From an uncultured Bacteroidales bacterium (GTDB lineage: Bacteria; Bacteroidota; Bacteroidia; Bacteroidales; UBA11471): 64,000 nt of DNA. Location: NCBI GenBank assembly GCA_947593515.1, contig CANQDQ010000007.1:14484-78483 (forward strand). The letters are read 5' to 3'. A program made the translations under genes and the position numbers. A model generated the notes under the pieces. The model saw nothing but the letters and a program-made list of their open reading frames with translations. It made no database searches and was not told the DNA's origin. Of this stretch, positions 60,704-64,000 are shown piece by piece; position 1 is the first letter of the stretch, and each line of letters opens with the position of its first letter.

Positions 60704-62236
60704 ATGTCAGAAAGAAAAGTTCGCGTACGTTTTGCCCCCAGCCCTACGGGAGCGCTGCATATAGGCGGTGTGCGCACCGCCCTCTATAACTACCTGTTCG
60801 CCAAACAGCACGGCGGCGATATGATACTGCGCATCGAAGACACCGACTCGCAGCGTTTCGTGCCCGGTGCCGAAGCCTACATCGTCGAGGCGCTCGAATG
60901 GTTGGGTATCAAATTCGACGAAGGCGTGGGCTACGGCGGCAGCTTCGCCCCCTACCGCCAGTCCGAGCGAAAAGAGATTTACCGCAAATATGTCGATCAA
61001 CTGCTCGACAACGGGAAAGCCTACATCGCTTTCGACACACCCGAAGAACTGGAAGCGAAGCGGAAAGAGGTCGCCAATTTCCAATACGACGCCGCCACGC
61101 GCGGAAGCATGCGCAACTCGCTGACGATGCCCGCCGCCGAAGTCGAAGTCCTCATCGCGCAGGGACACCCCTATGTCGTGCGCATCAAAATAGAACCGGG
61201 CGAGGAGGTCGTCGTCGATGACCTGATACGCGGGAAAGTAACCATCAACTCGTCGGTGCTCGACGACAAAGTGCTTTATAAATCGGCTGACAACCTGCCG
61301 ACCTACCACCTCGCCAACATCGTAGACGACCACCTGATGGAGGTAAGCCACGTGATACGCGGCGAGGAGTGGCTCCCCTCGGCTCCGCTCCATGTGCTGC
61401 TGTACCGCGCCTTCGGGTGGGAGGACACCATGCCGCGATTCGCCCACCTGCCGCTGCTGCTGAAACCCGAAGGCAACGGCAAACTGAGCAAGCGCGACGG
61501 CGACCGGCTGGGATTCCCCGTATTCCCGCTCGAATGGCACGACCCCAAGACGGGTGAAACTTCGTCGGGCTATCGGGAAACGGGCTATCTGCCCGAAGCC
61601 GTCATCAACTTCCTCGCCCTACTGGGCTGGAATCCGGGCACGGACGAGGAAATCTTTTCGATGGACGAACTGATACGCCTCTTTTCGCTGGAACGGTGCA
61701 GCAAGAGCGGCGCCCGCTTCGACTACGAAAAAGGCAAGTGGTTCAACCATAAATACCTGCAAAAGAAAAGCGACGAAGAACTTGCCCGTATGTTTGCGCC
61801 GGAACTGGCGGCGCACGGCGTAACCGGCGTCGATGCAGCGAAATTAGCGAAAATCATCGGGCTGGTCAAAGAGCGCATATCGTTCGTCAAAGAGCTGTGG
61901 GAACAAACCTCGTTCTTCTTCATCGCTCCCGAAAGCTACAATCCCAAAGATGTAAAAAAACGCTGGAAGCCCGAGACGCCCGCCATTCTCGAAGAACTCA
62001 TCGCGCTGCTCGAAGGCATCGGCGACTTCGGCTCTGCCGCCGTCGAAGCGGTGGTCATTCCCTACATCGAACAAAAAGGGTATCACATGGGGAACGTAAT
62101 GAACGCTTTTCGCCTCGCCGTCGTAGGCGAATGCCGCGGCCCGCACATGTTCGACATCACCGAAATCATCGGCAAAGAAGAAACCGTACGCCGCCTGCGC
62201 ACCGCCATCGAAAACATCAAGCCCGAAAACGACTAA
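60704..62236 (+). CDS. gltX: glutamate--tRNA ligase
   Basis: 510 aa from [22 protein letters not shown] (HIGH). Also has KLSKR (KMSKS). Confidence 0.92.
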   Translation: MSERKVRVRFAPSPTGALHIGGVRTALYNYLFAKQHGGDMILRIEDTDSQRFVPGAEAYIVEALEWLGIKFDEGVGYGGSFAPYRQSERKEIYRKYVDQLLDNGKAYIAFDTPEELEAKRKEVANFQYDAATRGSMRNSLTMPAAEVEVLIAQGHPYVVRIKIEPGEEVVVDDLIRGKVTINSSVLDDKVLYKSADNLPTYHLANIVDDHLMEVSHVIRGEEWLPSAPLHVLLYRAFGWEDTMPRFAHLPLLLKPEGNGKLSKRDGDRLGFPVFPLEWHDPKTGETSSGYRETGYLPEAVINFLALLGWNPGTDEEIFSMDELIRLFSLERCSKSGARFDYEKGKWFNHKYLQKKSDEELARMFAPELAAHGVTGVDAAKLAKIIGLVKERISFVKELWEQTSFFFIAPESYNPKDVKKRWKPETPAILEELIALLEGIGDFGSAAVEAVVIPYIEQKGYHMGNVMNAFRLAVVGECRGPHMFDITEIIGKEETVRRLRTAIENIKPEND

Positions 62237-62246
62237 GCCGCTGCCG

Positions 62247-63488
62247 ATGAAAAAAGCTCTGTACAATTCGGGTATATACTGCTACAAACAATTGGTGAAG
62301 CTGGCGGCTTGGCGCAACCCCAAAGCCCGTAAACTGACGGAAGGGCAAAAAAGCGTCTTTCCCTATTTGGAGGCAAACGCCGCGCCCGAAGGAGGATATA
62401 TCTGGTTTCATGCCTCCTCGCTGGGCGAATTCGAGCAAGCCCGTCCGTTGATAGAGGCATTCCGTGTGAAGTTTCCGGCAAAAAAAATCGCCCTTACGTT
62501 CTTTTCGCCGTCGGGCTACGAGGTACGGAAAAATTACGAGCAAGCCGATTTGGTGTGTTACCTGCCGTTCGACCTGCACCGCAACGTGAGGCGCTTTCTC
62601 GACCTGCTGAAACCCTGCGCCGCCATATTCATCAAATACGAATTTTGGGGAAACTACCTGCATGAACTGCACCGCCGGCAGATACCGACCTACATCGTCT
62701 CGGCGATTTTTCGTCCGACGCAGCTCTTTTTCCGCCCGGGCGGCGGTATGTTCCGCCGCATGCTCCGCACCTACACCCACCTGTACGTGCAAAACGAGGA
62801 GTCGCGTGCACTGCTCGCCGGCATCGGCATCGACAACGTTTCCGTCGTGGGCGACACCCGATTCGACCGCGTGGTCGAGATACGCCGGCAAGCCAAGAAG
62901 CTGCCCCTCGTCGAAGCCTTCTGCGGGGAAAGCAAGGCATTCATCGCCGGCAGCTCATGGCCGAAAGACGAAGACATTTTCATCGAATACTTCAACCGCC
63001 ACCCCGAAATAAAACTCATCATCGCCCCGCACGAGATACACGAAGAGCATCTAACGGAAATCGCCGACAAGCTGAAACGTCCGCATATCCGCTACTCGCA
63101 AGCCGACGCCCGCACCGCAGCCGATGCGCAATGCCTCATCATCGACTGCTTCGGGCTGCTCTCGTCGATATACCAGTACGGCAGCATCGCCTACATAGGC
63201 GGCGGATTCGGCGTCGGTATACACAATGTACCCGAAGCCGCCGTGTACGGCATACCGGTGATATTCGGCACGAATTACCACAAATTCCGGGAGGCGAAAG
63301 AACTCATCGCCGCCGGCGGCGCATTCTCCATTGCCGACTTCGACGCTTTCGACGCTCTGATGCAGCGATTCGCCAACGACCCCGACTTCCTCCTGCGCAG
63401 CGGAAAAGCCGCCGGCGAATACATCGCCGCCAACACGGGTGCCACCCGACGCATCATCGAGGATATAACGCCCCTCCTGCAACAATAG
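62247..63488 (+). CDS. waaA: 3-deoxy-D-manno-octulosonic acid (Kdo) transferase
   Basis: 413 aa. IWFHASSLGEFEQARPLIE is typical of WaaA/KdtA. Confidence 0.85.
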   Translation: MKKALYNSGIYCYKQLVKLAAWRNPKARKLTEGQKSVFPYLEANAAPEGGYIWFHASSLGEFEQARPLIEAFRVKFPAKKIALTFFSPSGYEVRKNYEQADLVCYLPFDLHRNVRRFLDLLKPCAAIFIKYEFWGNYLHELHRRQIPTYIVSAIFRPTQLFFRPGGGMFRRMLRTYTHLYVQNEESRALLAGIGIDNVSVVGDTRFDRVVEIRRQAKKLPLVEAFCGESKAFIAGSSWPKDEDIFIEYFNRHPEIKLIIAPHEIHEEHLTEIADKLKRPHIRYSQADARTAADAQCLIIDCFGLLSSIYQYGSIAYIGGGFGVGIHNVPEAAVYGIPVIFGTNYHKFREAKELIAAGGAFSIADFDAFDALMQRFANDPDFLLRSGKAAGEYIAANTGATRRIIEDITPLLQQ

Positions 63489-63495
63489 CCGCACA

Positions 63496-64000
63496 ATGAT
63501 TCGAGCGGTATTTTTCGACATAGACGGCACGCTGGTCAGCTTCCGCACCCACGAAATCCCCTCGTCGGCATACGACGCCATCGCCGCCCTGCGGCGCAAA
63601 GGCATCAAAGTGTTCATCGCTACGGGGCGCCCCGTCTATCTCATCAAAGGATTGCGCGATGCTGCATTCGACGGCTGCATCACCGTCAACGGCGGGTGCT
63701 GCATAGCCGACGGCAAGGAGATTTTCTGCAACCCCATACCGCCGGACGAACTCGCCGCCCTCGTGCGGCACGAACGGCAGCACGCACCCTACTCCTACGC
63801 TTTCATGACCACCGAGCGGGTGATAACCAACCGCATTACCGACCGCGTGGTCGAAGTCTCCGAACTGCTCGACCTGCCCGTGCCGCCGGAAGCCGATATG
63901 CTCCTCGCCGCCGAACAGGAGCGGGTGCTGCAAATCAACCTCTACACCGATGAAGCCGACGAGCCGGCTATCATGGCGTCGATACCCGGCTGCCAATCCA
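63496..64000 (+). CDS. Cof-type HAD-IIB hydrolase, N-terminal part (runs off the right edge)
   Basis: Own translation from ATG 63496 gives MIRAVFFDIDGTLVSFRTHEIPSSAYDAIAALRRKGIKVFIATGRP (HAD motif I DxDGT). Confidence 0.75.
   Translation, partial: MIRAVFFDIDGTLVSFRTHEIPSSAYDAIAALRRKGIKVFIATGRPVYLIKGLRDAAFDGCITVNGGCCIADGKEIFCNPIPPDELAALVRHERQHAPYSYAFMTTERVITNRITDRVVEVSELLDLPVPPEADMLLAAEQERVLQINLYTDEADEPAIMASIPGCQS

Overview
This is a 64-kb chromosomal window from a fairly GC-rich member of the Bacteroidales (Bacteroidota). The phylum call rests on four things: TAnnTTTG -7 promoter boxes in front of many genes, a T9SS C-terminal sorting domain, gldD/gldE homologues, and a nuoCD fusion with atpDC-BEFHA gene order. 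An Alistipes/Rikenellaceae-like origin is only a guess.

Most of the window is conserved housekeeping backbone:
- F-type ATP synthase operon (atpD-C-B-E-F-H-A, minus strand), directly abutted upstream by nuoA-B-CD-H
- lpxK, a purine nucleoside phosphorylase, thiL and a TlpA-like lipoprotein
- an arginine cluster: argR-GNAT-argG-pspC-like-argC-argD-proC
- ssb-gldE-gldD-PPTase, an EamA transporter, trpS and a CDF transporter
- the rpsU-xer-hpf / tRNA(Tyr,Gly,Thr)-tuf-tRNA(Trp)-secE-nusG-rplKAJL-rpoBC supercluster (minus strand)
- pepP, a gamma-carbonic-anhydrase-like protein, radC, GT2, an acyltransferase-3, queC, efp, rpmH, xseAB, gltX, waaA and a HAD hydrolase

Three accessory pockets interrupt the backbone:
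1. 12.75-17.25 kb is a low-GC five-gene cassette (orphan ACP, frameshifted SDR, KAS III, MBOAT, DltD/SGNH-like anchor protein). It is bracketed by ~80-bp direct repeats that duplicate the 3' end and terminator of the neighbouring gene.
2. 17.3-22.0 kb holds an AAA+/DUF4143 ATPase gene preceded by a 4 x ~33-bp repeat array, followed by a BspA-type LRR/T9SS surface protein gene that is itself bracketed by ~77-bp direct repeats.
3. 33.9-37.1 kb holds a second AAA+/DUF4143 ATPase, preceded by an unrelated 4 x 33-bp tandem array, plus a PCMD-like lipoprotein.

The best candidate for an undescribed system is the ACP-KASIII-SDR-MBOAT-DltD-like cassette, a Dlt/Alg-like carrier-protein-dependent surface acylation module. 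Next are the repeat-bracketed insertion architecture and the 33-bp arrays upstream of both ATPase genes.

I saw no rRNA, CRISPR, transposase or phage genes. All motif coordinates were counted by hand and may be off by 1-2 nt. No database search was possible, so family assignments rest on recognised motifs.
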